Assembly: GCA_963816805.1 (NCBI GenBank)
Contig: CAWFLU010000015.1
Coordinates: 4,758 to 68,757, forward strand
Reading direction: 5' to 3'
DNA from: an uncultured Alphaproteobacteria bacterium
GTDB lineage: Bacteria; Pseudomonadota; Alphaproteobacteria; Rhizobiales; Methyloligellaceae
DNA length: 64,000 nt
The notes below the pieces were generated by a model. That model made no database searches. It was not told the origin of the DNA and saw only the letters and a list, made by a program, of their open reading frames with translations. Shown here piece by piece: positions 1 to 10,259 of the stretch; positions within the stretch are counted from its first letter, which is position 1; the number at the start of each line of letters is the position of its first letter. Position numbers and translations under genes: made by a program.

Positions 1-61
1 ACATGGCGGCGAGCAGGATTGTCGCGCAACCCGTCACGCCCGAACGCAGAAGTTTGCTCAT
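1..61 (-). CDS. 5' end of a CDS that continues past the left edge (MSKLLRSGVTGCATILLAAM...), signal-like N-terminus
   Basis: ATG at 61-59 on the minus strand. AAGGAG (complement of 70-75) lies 8 nt upstream. Only 20 codons are visible. Confidence 0.4.
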   Translation of the reverse strand, partial: MSKLLRSGVTGCATILLAAM

Positions 62-520
62 ATCGTCTTCTCCTTGAATCGTGCCTGGTCAGTCCAGCCT
101 GCTCCCGTTACGTCGCAATTGACCATTGAGATGCGTCGCTCCGTCCTTTTTAAGCAGTCCTTGGGCTTGCCGTCGCGAAACAGGTGGGCCCCGGTGCGCA
201 GCATCACGGGGCCGAAGGTGCAGCGCTCAAAATATAGGGCACAAGCCCGATCCGCGCCAGGTTCATGAGCTTGCTGATGTCCGAAAGGGGTCACCAGCGG
301 AAGTAGAGGCGCGTTTGCGATGCGTCCGCTCTCCCCAACAGCAGACATCAGTCGGCTCGGTCGGTACGTCCGTTCAGTGCCGAAGCGGGAAGCGGGTCCG
401 CTGAAGAATTAGCTGAGAGGCTGGCCATGACAATCACGCAATTCACGCGTGGGGTGCTTTTAGAGCATCTCCAGTAGAGATCCAATCATCACCATAAACA
501 GGAACAGGAGAATAGGCTCC

Positions 521-562
521 AAAAAGGAGGGTCGATTGGCCTCCCCAAAGGGAGAGGCCAAT
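521..562 (-). terminator. Putative intrinsic terminator downstream of the 605-799 gene
   Basis: Inverted repeat ATTGGCCTC (535-543) / GAGGCCAAT (554-562). On the minus strand a T5 run follows, but only after a 9-nt spacer. Confidence 0.4.
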
Positions 563-604
563 CTAGCATGCAGCTTCATCAGTCTGGCATGCATCTTCAT
601 AGGT

Positions 605-799
605 CTACCTGACGCCGCGATATGAGGTCGACGGTGTCGGCCAAGAGGTCCGCTGCGCTTGCTGTTGGTCTGGGCAGGGGGCGACCCCGCATCTGCCTGG
701 GGTCTTACCCGAGTAGTCGGCAGTCGCCACCGTGGGTGCGAGGCTCAAGATTGCGCTAAACGCCAACGCAATAGTTGCGATTGTGAGTGAGGTTTTCAT
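605..799 (-). CDS. Small secreted hypothetical protein (64 aa)
   Basis: AAGGAG lies 7 nt upstream of the ATG. N-terminal signal peptide MKTSLTIATIALAFSAILSLAPTVATA. No family recognised. Confidence 0.55.
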   Translation of the reverse strand: MKTSLTIATIALAFSAILSLAPTVATADYSGKTPGRCGVAPCPDQQQAQRTSWPTPSTSYRGVR

Positions 800-1472
800 A
801 GCTGCGCTCCTTTCTGATCGTCGAGGACGATTGATGTATGGAAGCCTATGACATCACCCCAACTAGGCGCTGTGGCCTTTGCCACGTCGCTACCGATTTT
901 CTAGGAACCGGCCATCAGGTCGTAATCGACGGTCCCTTATGACCAGCCGCATGAAGTGCGAGTCGCGCGCCACGAGACTGAGAAAACCAAGCCGGATCGC
1001 GCCTCTGCCGGCTTCTCTTGGGAACCGCTCGATAAGCCATCCCCCGGCCCTGCTAAAGAGCGTGGTGACCAGCAGCGTGCGACTCGCTAACGCGAGCAAT
1101 CGCACGTGTCAGCAATGGCTGGGGGATGTTGCAGCTAGCGTTCGCAAATGACGCCGACTCTTGACCTTAGTCTTAACGACCACAATGGCGTCGTCGTTAG
1201 GAGGCATCCGCTAACGCGCGATCAACGACTGAATGTCCCGCTCAGGGTCTGAAGCGGACGCGACGGAAGCGAATGTTCGCTTCGATGCCGATTTTGTTGA
1301 AATACTCTTTGGGCGAGCACTTTGGCTGCATCGTGGAGAAAACCATTTCGCAACCCAGCTGATCGCGAATCCTGATTCCAAAAATCACCGCGGTGATAAA
1401 CGCTATTCTACCGGCGACGTCTGCTCCCCGAGACCTCCGACTAAATCAACACAATCTGCCACAAGCAGACCT

Positions 1473-1967
1473 TCAGCCCGCCAGGAGGCGATCCTCTATA
1501 CCCGCCTCCGGCGCCCCCATCCTGGCGCGGAACAGCTGATTATCCGTCTCCCGGAGACGTCGGCTCACTTCCCGCCCCATGTTCATCTGGATCAGCGCGA
1601 ACTGCTTGAGATCGTGCTCGTAGACCTGATAGAGGCTAGCGACGGAAAGACGGATTGCAGTGCAATCTTCGACTGCGCGGATCGAGGCGCTGCGCGGCAA
1701 GAGGTCCATCACCGCCATCTCTCCGAAGCAGTCGCCCTCCTTCAGAATTCGGAGGAGGTAGTCCTGTCCTCGCCAAGATTTCAGCACGGCGACTTTGCCC
1801 GTTTCGAGGAGGAACATAGAATCGGCCTGGTCGTGTTCGCGGAAAAAGAACTCGTTCGCCGGGACGGACACTAATGGACACAAGCCGAGCAAGAACCGAA
1901 GGACATCGGCCCGGATGCCGCCGAAAACCGGCGTGCGCTGCAGGAGTTCGATCCGCGGTACTTGCAT
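1473..1967 (-). CDS. Cyclic-nucleotide-binding domain protein (stand-alone cNMP domain, no HTH)
   Basis: Motif FFFREHDQADSMFLLETGKVAVLK...GDCFGEMAV...PRSASIRA is typical of Crp-type cNMP domains. I prefer the internal ATG at 1967 (GGAAG upstream) over the ORF-track start at 2033. Confidence 0.8.
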   Translation of the reverse strand: MQVPRIELLQRTPVFGGIRADVLRFLLGLCPLVSVPANEFFFREHDQADSMFLLETGKVAVLKSWRGQDYLLRILKEGDCFGEMAVMDLLPRSASIRAVEDCTAIRLSVASLYQVYEHDLKQFALIQMNMGREVSRRLRETDNQLFRARMGAPEAGIEDRLLAG

Positions 1968-2464
1968 GGCAACACTTCCGAAGTTGCCACTATGATCTCG
2001 GACGGACCAGTCCGCAAGGAGATGCGCTGCCAAAGAGCATCTTTACGAGCGACGCGATTTGACGCTCCAGAATCGTGAGCGTGATGCCACTGAGCGGCGT
2101 TAAGGCGCTCCGTAGGTCGGCTAACGCCAGGCAGCTACCTGGCGCCGATGCTAGAGCGAAATTCGCCTCGCTGAGCCCCTCGCAACACCCGCTGAAAACC
2201 CGAGCGAGCATGGGCAATGCGCCAATCGCTCTAAGCCATTGAATTGGATTCCTCGTTTGTAGATAGCACCCACCGACAGACTGACAATTAGTCCGCGTGT
2301 CGCTAAGGGAACGCCGATGCCCACAAGGCTTCGATGAAGGCCAGCCGCTGGCCGAGTCTGCTTCTGGTACGAAGCGGGGTTTCAAACGCGAGAAAATGCG
2401 CTGACTCTCGGGTGGGTGCTATCCTAGAAGTCTCGTCTCTAGTTAATGTCTCAGAGAGGATACC

Positions 2465-3832
2465 ATGTGGTCTCGCGTACACATCGCCGCGCTCACGACG
2501 CTGCTTGCAGCATCTCACCTCCCCGACAGAGTTGAGGCAGAACCCGGTCCGCCACCACCTCAATCCTCGGTTCTGATCCAAGATGTACGCATATTCGACG
2601 GCAAGAATGGCTCGCTTTCGGGACCTTCCAATGTGCTTGTTCGTGGCAACAAGATCGACAAAATCTCGACCGGTCCGATCTCTATCGACGATGTCGCCAA
2701 TGTCACCACAATCGATGGTCGCGGGCGCACGCTAATGCCCGGCTTAATCGACGTGCACTGGCACGCCATGCTGGTGCGTCCTAATCCCGTCGAGGCGCTG
2801 GCCAGTGACATCGGTTATCTCAATCTACTGGCCGGAGCCGAAGCGACCGCCACCCTGATGCGGGGCTTCACAACCATCCGCGATATGGGCGGACCTGTCT
2901 TCGGTTTGAAGCGAGCGATCGACGAAGGTCTCCTGCCGGGACCGCGCATTTACCCTTCCGGCGCCGTGATCACGATCACCGGCGGTCATGGAGATTTCCG
3001 TTCGCTTTCGGAGTTGCCCAGGAGGCCGGGAACGCTTTCCCGAGTAGAGCAGATGGGCGCAGCCATCATTGCCGACAGCCCGGATGAGGTTCGGATGCGC
3101 ACGCGAGAGCAACTCATGCAAGGCGCATCTCAGATCAAACTCACTGCTGGCGGCGGTGTTGCCTCGCCGTTCAGTCCTCTCGATGTCGTCACCTTTACGG
3201 AGCCCGAGCTTCGCGCAGCCGTCGAAGCGGCTGAGAATTGGGGCACCTATGTCGCCACTCATGCTTACACGCCGGTCTCCATCCAGCGTTCAATCGCCGC
3301 GGGAGTAAAATGCATCGAGCACGGACATCTGATGGATGAGGAAACGGCAAAGTTGATGGCAGAGAAGGGTATCTGGTTAAGCACACAGCCCTTCCTTGAC
3401 GAGGAAGGGGAAGGCGGCGCTCAGCAACTCGGTGCTTCGGAGCAGGCAAAAATGAAGCAAGTAATTGAAGGCACCGATAACGTCTACCGGCTCGCGAAAA
3501 AGTACCATCTCAAGACCGCGTTCGGTACCGACATCTTGTTTTCCGCGCGCGAAGCGGAGCAGCAGGGTAACCGCTTAGCCGCACTCATTCGTTGGTACAC
3601 GCCGGCCGAAGCGCTGGCCATGGCGACGTCAGCAAATGCCGAGCTACTTGCTCTGTCCGGTCTCCGCAATCCGTACCCAGGCAAGCTTGGCGTCGTTGAG
3701 GAGGGCGCCTTGGCCGATCTCCTGGTGGTGGATGGCAATCCACTTGAGAAACTCGATCTTGTCGGAGACCCCAGCAGGAATTTCAAAGTGATTATGAAAG
3801 ACGGGAAGATCTTCAAGAACACTCTGAACTGA
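2465..3832 (+). CDS. Amidohydrolase-family metallohydrolase, secreted
   Basis: HxH metal motif (IDVHWHA) and amidohydrolase-fold conservation along the full 455 aa. N-terminal signal sequence. GAGAGGA Shine-Dalgarno (SD) sequence. Confidence 0.9.
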   Translation: MWSRVHIAALTTLLAASHLPDRVEAEPGPPPPQSSVLIQDVRIFDGKNGSLSGPSNVLVRGNKIDKISTGPISIDDVANVTTIDGRGRTLMPGLIDVHWHAMLVRPNPVEALASDIGYLNLLAGAEATATLMRGFTTIRDMGGPVFGLKRAIDEGLLPGPRIYPSGAVITITGGHGDFRSLSELPRRPGTLSRVEQMGAAIIADSPDEVRMRTREQLMQGASQIKLTAGGGVASPFSPLDVVTFTEPELRAAVEAAENWGTYVATHAYTPVSIQRSIAAGVKCIEHGHLMDEETAKLMAEKGIWLSTQPFLDEEGEGGAQQLGASEQAKMKQVIEGTDNVYRLAKKYHLKTAFGTDILFSAREAEQQGNRLAALIRWYTPAEALAMATSANAELLALSGLRNPYPGKLGVVEEGALADLLVVDGNPLEKLDLVGDPSRNFKVIMKDGKIFKNTLN

Positions 3833-3937
3833 CTACCATATTCTGGTGAGTCGGCTTTTGGTCCCTAGCGGACCTCATGTGCTTCTGGGGCTATCCATCG
3901 CCCCATTAGACACCCATTCTTGGCGTGGTGAACTTGA

Positions 3938-3973
3938 GCCCTGGCCGCCCAATGCGGCCAGGGCTTTTCATTT
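3938..3973 (+). terminator. Rho-independent terminator after the amidohydrolase gene
   Basis: Perfect 11-bp stem GCCCTGGCCGC / GCGGCCAGGGC with loop CCAAT, followed by TTTTCATTT. Confidence 0.7.
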
Positions 3974-4325
3974 GAGCTCTCCGCGAGGTTTAGGCTGCCT
4001 CGTCCAGAGTGGGCTTGCCCGTTATCAGGCCGTCATGATCCGGGTCTAGGTTGGCAACGCTCATATCATCCACAGCATCCTTGAGCCCCGGCAGCCCCAC
4101 GGTGGCCGGGGCATTTCTTCGGAACCCATCGGCGTACACGGACGTTCTTCCAAGCCCTGGCGCTCCCCACCCCACCGTCCAGAGTATCCTGCGAGGGCCC
4201 GGACCCATGACTAGGACGATCCCATGTCAATGCCTCGGGCTGTGACGCATCAGGGCTAGGTTGAATACTGCTAAAGAGGCCTTACCTAGTGGGCGGTGAC
4301 GCGGTCTTTTCCCTCCCGCGCCACT

Positions 4326-4520
4326 GGTTCCCCCCATGAGGAACCGGAGAGCCCTGGCTCTCCCCCGTGCTGGGGCTCTCCACTTTCTCTCCCACCCTTC
4401 GCCTAGTTGCTGCCGCGCTCTCCTCGCCTACTGTGTGACGCGACACCCGTCACACAGGTTCCCCAGAGCGGAACCGAGAAGCCCCGCATAGACACTGGGG
4501 TGCGGGGCTTCTTCTTGTGG
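4326..4520 (+). other. Structured non-coding stretch: two copies of a GGTTCC-N-GGAACC hairpin module, extra stems and a terminator-like 10-bp hairpin
   Basis: Hairpins at 4326-4345, 4346-4363 (alternative right arm at 4374-4381), 4433-4455, 4457-4475 and 4478-4511 (followed by TTCTTGT). No convincing ORF on either strand. Confidence 0.3.
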
Positions 4521-4801
4521 AACGGCCCGTTGGGTTTCCGAGTAAATCTCAGAACTCAGGACGCGCTTCGGCGATGGCAGAACAGCGCTCGCTACAGCCA
4601 TGCGGGCCATCTTAGCGATGTTACCAGCTGCGAGGATGGCGGCAAGATCCGCGCGCTGATCCTCAATACAGAGACGGTGAATCGGATTCCGCTACGCCGA
4701 AAGTATGCTCATGGGCAGGATTGATCTTGCTCTGATAGGCTAGGAGCAACCTGCTTTTAGTCTATGGCATCAATTTCCTAGGGGCTCTCATCGTCGTCGC
4801 C

Positions 4802-5464
4802 TTGATCGGCTGGTGGATAGCCGGAAGGATCGAACGGATCACACAACGCGCCCTAATGTCGGCCACGTATATGGACCCGACGGTTGGGACATTCTTGTCC
4901 AGCCTGGCCTACTACGCCGTCCTCGTCGTGACCCTTTGTGTCATCCTTCAGGTTGTCGGAATCCAGGCGACCAGAATCGTTGCTATACTCGGTGTCGCCT
5001 CGCTGGCGATTGGGCTAGCGCTGCAGGGCATACTCTCGAACGTGGCTGCAGGAATCATGCTGCTCGCCTTTCGGCCATTGCGGCTCGGAGATAGCATTGA
5101 GGTTGCGGGCAATATGTTCATGACCGAGTTGGCCAGCGACGACAATGTTCAAGTACTCATCCCAAACGGCCAGGTGTGGGGCGCAGTGCTGACCAATTTT
5201 TCCGTGTATCCGACGCGCCGCGTAAGCGTGAGTTTTCCAGTCGCGCTCGACAAGGACGTTGAGTCGATCTCGTCCAGGATACGCACATATCTCGAACGGG
5301 ACAAACGCGTACTCAAGACGCCGCCACCGAATATCAGCACGTCGAACCTTACGGAGAAGGTCGTCGAGGTTTCCGTCCAAGCCTGGTCGAAGGCCGAGGA
5401 TGCTAGCGTGGTACGGGCCGACTTGATGCAGAGTTTGGTGACGGCGACACAAGTACCAAGGTGA
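4802..5464 (+). CDS. Mechanosensitive ion channel (MscS family); the 5' end is problematic
   Basis: TM3 and beta-domain motif VAILGVASLAIGLALQGILSNVAAGIMLLAFRPLRLGD...IPNG. The frame is open from 4736 and TM1 (GINFLGALIVVALIGWW) lies upstream of the only start (TTG 4802). A 10-codon ATG ORF at 4711-4743 sits in another frame. Confidence 0.8.
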   Translation: MIGWWIAGRIERITQRALMSATYMDPTVGTFLSSLAYYAVLVVTLCVILQVVGIQATRIVAILGVASLAIGLALQGILSNVAAGIMLLAFRPLRLGDSIEVAGNMFMTELASDDNVQVLIPNGQVWGAVLTNFSVYPTRRVSVSFPVALDKDVESISSRIRTYLERDKRVLKTPPPNISTSNLTEKVVEVSVQAWSKAEDASVVRADLMQSLVTATQVPR

Positions 5465-5721
5465 CCATGTAGGCATGGAACCGCAGTCAGGAGATCGATC
5501 AGGCATGTTGGAAGGCGTCTTGGAATGGAGGGCTATTTGCATGACTTGCAGCGGGGGTTGTATTCATTGACCCTCTCGTGGGATGGATCGGAAAGCAAAG
5601 TGGACATGCACCGCGCAAACGAGGTCCGGGAAATTATGGGACCCTGGACCGAATTGCCCGTGACTCCCAAGCATCAATTATTGTTGTGCGCCAGAAGTTT
5701 AGGAACCGAGGAGGGATCGAG

Positions 5722-6009
5722 ATGGAAGAACGTGGCGCGGTGGCGGCGGAGGCGCAGGAATTGAACGACCAGCGACAGATGATGGCTGCCGAGGCACTTA
5801 AGGCGCTGCTTGAAGCAGAGCTACGCAAGCATGGCAGCGGTAGCGAGGTAGTAATTGCGCCTGTCGGAGAACTCGGGGATTGGACCGCCGCTCACGGCGC
5901 CGCTTTAGACCCCGAAGCGGCAGACGCCTATATCGTGCTGCTCAATCGGCTGAAGGAAGACTACCTCCTAGACCGCTCCGCGCTGCTAGGACCGCCGAGC
6001 GTCTGCTAG
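5722..6009 (+). CDS. Hypothetical protein (95 aa)
   Basis: ATG at 5722 has GAGGAGGG 6 nt upstream. Coding-like composition. No family recognised. Confidence 0.5.
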   Translation: MEERGAVAAEAQELNDQRQMMAAEALKALLEAELRKHGSGSEVVIAPVGELGDWTAAHGAALDPEAADAYIVLLNRLKEDYLLDRSALLGPPSVC

Positions 6010-6143
6010 GACGTGCTAACGGGTTCCGCCTGCCAAACCGTCGCGCGACGGCTCGCCACGGAGACGCGCGAGGCGGACGGAGAGCATCATTCTTGCGTCC
6101 CGACCGGGTCCCCTCGGCGGGCAATACCTCTCTACCCGGTTGA

Positions 6144-6175
6144 GAAGGGCGCTCCCTAGGGCGCTCTTCTTTTTT
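6144..6175 (+). terminator. Possible intrinsic terminator
   Basis: Imperfect GC hairpin (GAAGGGCGC...GCGCTCTTC) followed by T6 at 6170-6175. Confidence 0.4.
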
Positions 6176-6332
6176 GCTATAGCCGCAAACCGTGTCGGCC
6201 GAAGACATGATGACCTCTTGGCTCGGTCGCACCGCATCAAGGCACGCGAAGCTTGCTCGGTTAGGGAAGCTACTAGCGAGAATAAATGAGGGCCACGCGA
6301 ATACCCAATCAGCGATCACGGGGCCGCGTCAC

Positions 6333-6620
6333 CTAAGCGCTGCGCATTACCCGTGCGAGCGCCTCGGACGTAACTAGAATCCGACCGTGCGCGTCGAAAG
6401 GTCCTTCAGCATCGTGGGCCTCACTCGCAAGTTCCTCGATCAGCTCGCGATACGCCTCGAAGACAGCGCCATCGTTACCTGAAAAGTGCACGCGGTCGGC
6501 GTGATCTCGCAACGCCTGATGGCTCACTCTGCAAGCGACTGTGCTACCGGACTCGTCCTCCATGAGAAAACGAACGCCATCCTGCTCGAGGTATTCCTCC
6601 TTGAGTCGAGTGAGAGGCAT
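6333..6620 (-). CDS. DUF1488-like protein
   Basis: MPLTRLKEEYLEQDGVRFLMEDESGSTVACRVSHQALRD... resembles DUF1488 proteins (from memory). GGAGGAG lies 4 nt upstream of the ATG at 6620. Confidence 0.65.
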   Translation of the reverse strand: MPLTRLKEEYLEQDGVRFLMEDESGSTVACRVSHQALRDHADRVHFSGNDGAVFEAYRELIEELASEAHDAEGPFDAHGRILVTSEALARVMRSA

Positions 6621-6722
6621 TGTTCTCCTCCAAGAAATGCCGAATGGCCGCTGTTCGACAACGGCATGCTCAGAGTTAACCGGAAGCCGCATCAACTATG
6701 GGCGCGTTGGTTCGACCTCGCG

Positions 6723-6998
6723 CTAATCAATCGAATCAAGAAAATAGATCGTTGGGATGTCGACGACACCAGCCTCCGCCATTGCTTCCTTGAGATCGAC
6801 CGAAGCAGCGAAGTCCTTTGCCATCTTCGTGTCCTTGGTGTCGAAGACGACCACAATCTCACTCTTATTGCTGTCGGCGGAGTGGTAGACGCGCGGATTA
6901 CTGAGGCCTGCAGCCTTCTGCATTTTGGTATGCCTATCGAAAATAGGACGCCATTGGCCGTAGTCCCTTATCTTATGCCGGATAATCATCATCCCCAT
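6723..6998 (-). CDS. Small alpha+beta hypothetical protein (ABM / ferredoxin-like fold suspected)
   Basis: GGAGGA SD before the ATG at 6998. The 91-aa product is MGMMIIRHKIRDYGQWRPIFD... The family call is weak. Confidence 0.6.
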   Translation of the reverse strand: MGMMIIRHKIRDYGQWRPIFDRHTKMQKAAGLSNPRVYHSADSNKSEIVVVFDTKDTKMAKDFAASVDLKEAMAEAGVVDIPTIYFLDSID

Positions 6999-7272
6999 TG
7001 CTTTCCTCCGTCCCCTTTCGGCTAAGCATATAGAACGTGAGGCCGGTACCAAGCGAGATCGACCCCGAAGGGCCAGTGTGCGGGGTATTGAGGAGCCACA
7101 CCACCGCGTTGCGGCCTTATTTTGGGTGGGATGGCGGGGTAGAGCGGCTCCAACTCCCTTAACACTACCTGAACGGGCGGCTCAACGATGGTTCAGCACG
7201 CTCCACTACCAAATGGCCGTTAGATACTCCTGAAGGCAGGCTCGAAAGAGGGAAACCAAGAGGACGTTCGCA

Positions 7273-7593
7273 ATGACCAAGAAAAGCCGCCCCAATTCAA
7301 TGACTGCCCTTGTAGCTTTCGTCATCGCCACCACCTTCGCCAGCGCCTCGAGCTTTGCCGCTCAATTTACGGTTCACCAAGGAAAGCGATACCAGGCAAT
7401 CCTCGCCCTCACTTCGGTCGAGCAGTTAGCTGGCAACGCGCAAATCGCACAAAAATTTCGCGATTTGGGTTTCTCTAGAGTGAGAGTTTCAGGTGCAGGA
7501 ACGACGCGCCGAGTCGAAGGGGTTTGGCCAGGTAAGGACACCAGTGCAAACATGCCTCCTCAAATCGTGGCGGTCGCCGTGAGTGGTGGATGA
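7273..7593 (+). CDS. Secreted hypothetical protein
   Basis: Signal peptide ...ALVAFVIATTFASASSFAAQ. Purine-rich SD region. Confidence 0.55.
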   Translation: MTKKSRPNSMTALVAFVIATTFASASSFAAQFTVHQGKRYQAILALTSVEQLAGNAQIAQKFRDLGFSRVRVSGAGTTRRVEGVWPGKDTSANMPPQIVAVAVSGG

Positions 7594-7911
7594 CGTACCA
7601 GGGGTCCATGCAACGGTGGACCAAACTCTTCTTTTTGAGTGCCGGCGCGCAGGTTCTATCGGTCAGAGCTAATTCCCGGCGAGAGCGTTGTGGTATGAAA
7701 AGGGAGAGGCGAACAAGCGACTGTGCACCTGAGGATCAGCAGCCGAGCGCCGACGCCCCCAACGAATTTGTGCCGCACGTTGTGGACGCGCGCAGCCACA
7801 AAAAGGCCCGCGGTTAAGACCACGGGCCTCCGATCAACAAGGATCGCGGCTCCGTACCCACGACCGGACCTCACACCGTGGCCACGTCAGGTGTGCGTAC
7901 TTTCCACCGCC

Positions 7912-8103
7912 CTAGGCGTCAAAGATAAGATTTTGGCGACCGACCAAACGCATTAGATTCGCACGAAACGCCACAGCCTGTTTAAGCTGGTGCTCTGCGT
8001 CGCGCTCGGAGATCGCTCCTATTCGCCTCAGGCGAGCCACGTTCGTTATGCGGCAATTGACTTGCGTCAGCCGTCGGTCGAGCTCTGAGTTCTCTATCAT
8101 CAT
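7912..8103 (-). CDS. Hypothetical protein (63 aa), doubtful
   Basis: ORF only. No SD, no recognised family. Confidence 0.2.
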   Translation of the reverse strand: MMIENSELDRRLTQVNCRITNVARLRRIGAISERDAEHQLKQAVAFRANLMRLVGRQNLIFDA

Positions 8104-8278
8104 GAGAGAATTTCATGATTGGTTGTCTGTTTTGTGTCCTGTTGCGGGTCATGTAGACGCAGCGCGGAGCGGATGCGGATCCACTTTGAAGTGAAGACTA
8201 GGCGTCGAATCAGGGACGAACCAGCCCGCTTCTGTTAAGACCGCCCAATTCGCGCGAATCGAGACGGATACGCTACCG

Positions 8279-8596
8279 ATGAGGGTTCTGTTCGTCTTCC
8301 TGCTCAGCTGCTCGGCGATTGCCGGTTGCTCTCTGCGCAGCCCGAGTTCGGAAGCTCACTCGAATATGCTCGGCATGACTCAGAAGCAGATTTCGTCCTG
8401 CTTGGGTGCCCCTACTCAAAAGACCACGGAAGGTGCCGCGGAGGTCTGGTCATACGCAGCCGGGCAATCCTGCTCCGTAAAGATCTCCTTTGTGTACGGC
8501 CGCGCGAGCCATGTTGACTACTTTGGATCCAATGGCGAGCCACGTTCAGCAGGAACCGACTGCCCCATTGTCGGCGAAAAATGTGTGTTGAACTAA
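8279..8596 (+). CDS. Lipoprotein, hypothetical
   Basis: Signal peptide with lipobox: MRVLFVFLLSCSAIAGC. Confidence 0.7.
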   Translation: MRVLFVFLLSCSAIAGCSLRSPSSEAHSNMLGMTQKQISSCLGAPTQKTTEGAAEVWSYAAGQSCSVKISFVYGRASHVDYFGSNGEPRSAGTDCPIVGEKCVLN

Positions 8597-8796
8597 TAGG
8601 GATGGTGACAAAGCCAATCGAGGATGCATGGCGGAGTCGCCGATGACATTGCCGCGCCGGTGCGAGGTATCCTCATCCGCATCCGTCGCTCTGTTGGCCG
8701 AGAGAAAAACGACGAAGATCGAGGTCGTCCGTTGCCGTACAATGCCTTGTCGGGCTTCGGCGTGGTGAAATCTCGTTTCGAACAGCGGATGCGGCA

Positions 8797-8988
8797 CTAA
8801 AGTCCGCGGAACAGATTGCCCACGAGCAGAACCAGATAGCCGATCAGAAGCGTCTCGAAAACGTGGGCACCGACTACGGGTATCGAAACATGGGCGTAGT
8901 GGACGAGCAGGGCTAAGATCACGAGAACCAGAGAAACAATTAAAGTCAGTCTCGTGGGCGGCGTAAGCCAATATCCCGTGCGTGCCAT
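8797..8988 (-). CDS. Small two-TM membrane protein (63 aa)
   Basis: GAGGAGG SD 8 nt upstream of the ATG at 8988. Product is hydrophobic: LTLIVSLVLVILALLV... and LLIGYLVLLVGNLF. Confidence 0.55.
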   Translation of the reverse strand: MARTGYWLTPPTRLTLIVSLVLVILALLVHYAHVSIPVVGAHVFETLLIGYLVLLVGNLFRGL

Positions 8989-9509
8989 GTGTTTGATCCT
9001 CCTCGCTATCTGATCGAAAGTGCAGTGCAGCTCGGCCGACACCCCGTCTGCAGCTGCCGCATGACAAAGACGCCAGGCCATTTGTCGTCCACAGCCCAAA
9101 CGCCGACACTTTCGAGACGGGGAGAAATTTACCGGTCAGCGTTTTACCAATCTTGAGCTTAGTTCGTCATCGAACGCTGATGGTAACGGAATCTATGACG
9201 AGATGATTCCGGTCCAGAACTCCTATGGTTGCGTGCGAGCCTGCCCCATGCGGTTCTTATGTCCTACCTCGACACAGGCGACGTCTCATTATTTCAATTC
9301 ACGAGTTTTTCACGCGGCAAGCGGCCGCATTCTAGGCTGCCGACTGAAAGTATTCGCGCCTTACGGACTCGGGCCGCAGCGCTGCCTTCGACAGCCTGGT
9401 CGACAGGGCGGAGGTCGGCCAAAAATCTCTTCATTGCGAGCGGTCTTTGGACAAGGTGGTGCATGCGCTTCCCGTCGCAAACAGGCCACGCGACATCGGG
9501 ATCGCAACA

Positions 9510-10259
9510 ATGAGCAAGAAAGTAGTAGCGGAACGCAGCGATAGCCTCGGCGAGCGGCGCTTCGCCGGCAAGCTCAGCGACGACTATCCCCTGTGGCGTC
9601 TCGCCCGGCCGTTCCTCGACGACGTGCATGAGGTCTTCGCCCAAGCATTGGGCGGCTTCACCCAAGGCCGAAACCGTCCTCTTCGCGTGCTCGACATCGG
9701 CATGGGAGACGGTGCCATCACCAAAATTTTGCTTCAAGACGCAAAGCTTGACGTGACGGGTATCGACAATGAACCCAAGATGATCGAGCAGGCGGAGAGG
9801 GCGCTGGGAGCCTCGATCACAAGCGGCAGGCTCACCATCGTTCTCGACGACGCGCTGCATTATTTGGCTGCCCTACCGCAACACTCCCTTGACATTGTCG
9901 CCTCTGGCTACGTCTTCCACAACCTAACTGTGAGCTATCGCGCGGGCCTCTATGACGAAATTTGGCGCGTGCTGGCGCCTGCCGGTCTCCTCATCAATGC
10001 CGACAAATACGCCCAACAAGGGGAAGCCCATCGTGAGGCCCTTAATTGGCAGCTCGGACTGTTTTTCGACGTGCTCTGGAGCCGCGGGCAACATGAACTC
10101 TTGCGAGAATGGGTGCTGCATTACGTAGACGACGAAGGCGCCGATCGGGTAATGCCAGAGGCCGACGCGATCATGAGACTGGAGTTGCTTGGTTTTGCAA
10201 ACGTCGAGATCATCTATCGCAAATACATGGATGCCGTGCTCGTCGCCCGAAAGCCGTAA
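9510..10259 (+). CDS. Class I SAM-dependent methyltransferase
   Basis: Motif I VLDIGMGDGAIT and downstream post-I/II conservation. I prefer the ATG at 9510 to 9447. Confidence 0.85.
   Translation: MSKKVVAERSDSLGERRFAGKLSDDYPLWRLARPFLDDVHEVFAQALGGFTQGRNRPLRVLDIGMGDGAITKILLQDAKLDVTGIDNEPKMIEQAERALGASITSGRLTIVLDDALHYLAALPQHSLDIVASGYVFHNLTVSYRAGLYDEIWRVLAPAGLLINADKYAQQGEAHREALNWQLGLFFDVLWSRGQHELLREWVLHYVDDEGADRVMPEADAIMRLELLGFANVEIIYRKYMDAVLVARKP

Noticed and set aside
1990-2385. 131-aa ORF immediately upstream of the cNMP-domain gene, possibly an N-terminal domain separated by a frameshift
   Set aside because: No recognisable domain or motif in the translation, and no start context. It cannot be distinguished from a chance ORF.
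3990-4208. 72-aa minus-strand ORF ending ...NLDPDHDGLITGKPTLDEAA (EF-hand-like DxDxDG loop)
   Set aside because: No SD, and the N-terminal two-thirds are Gly/Arg/Pro-rich nonsense. At best it is a remnant of a small Ca-binding protein and is not supportable as a gene.
4540-4735. Minus-strand translation ...EDQRADLAAILAAGNIAKMARMAVASAV... resembling an HTH of a transposase or resolvase
   Set aside because: The similarity is vague, and no catalytic domain, inverted repeats or start codon are present. There is insufficient evidence for a mobile-element remnant.
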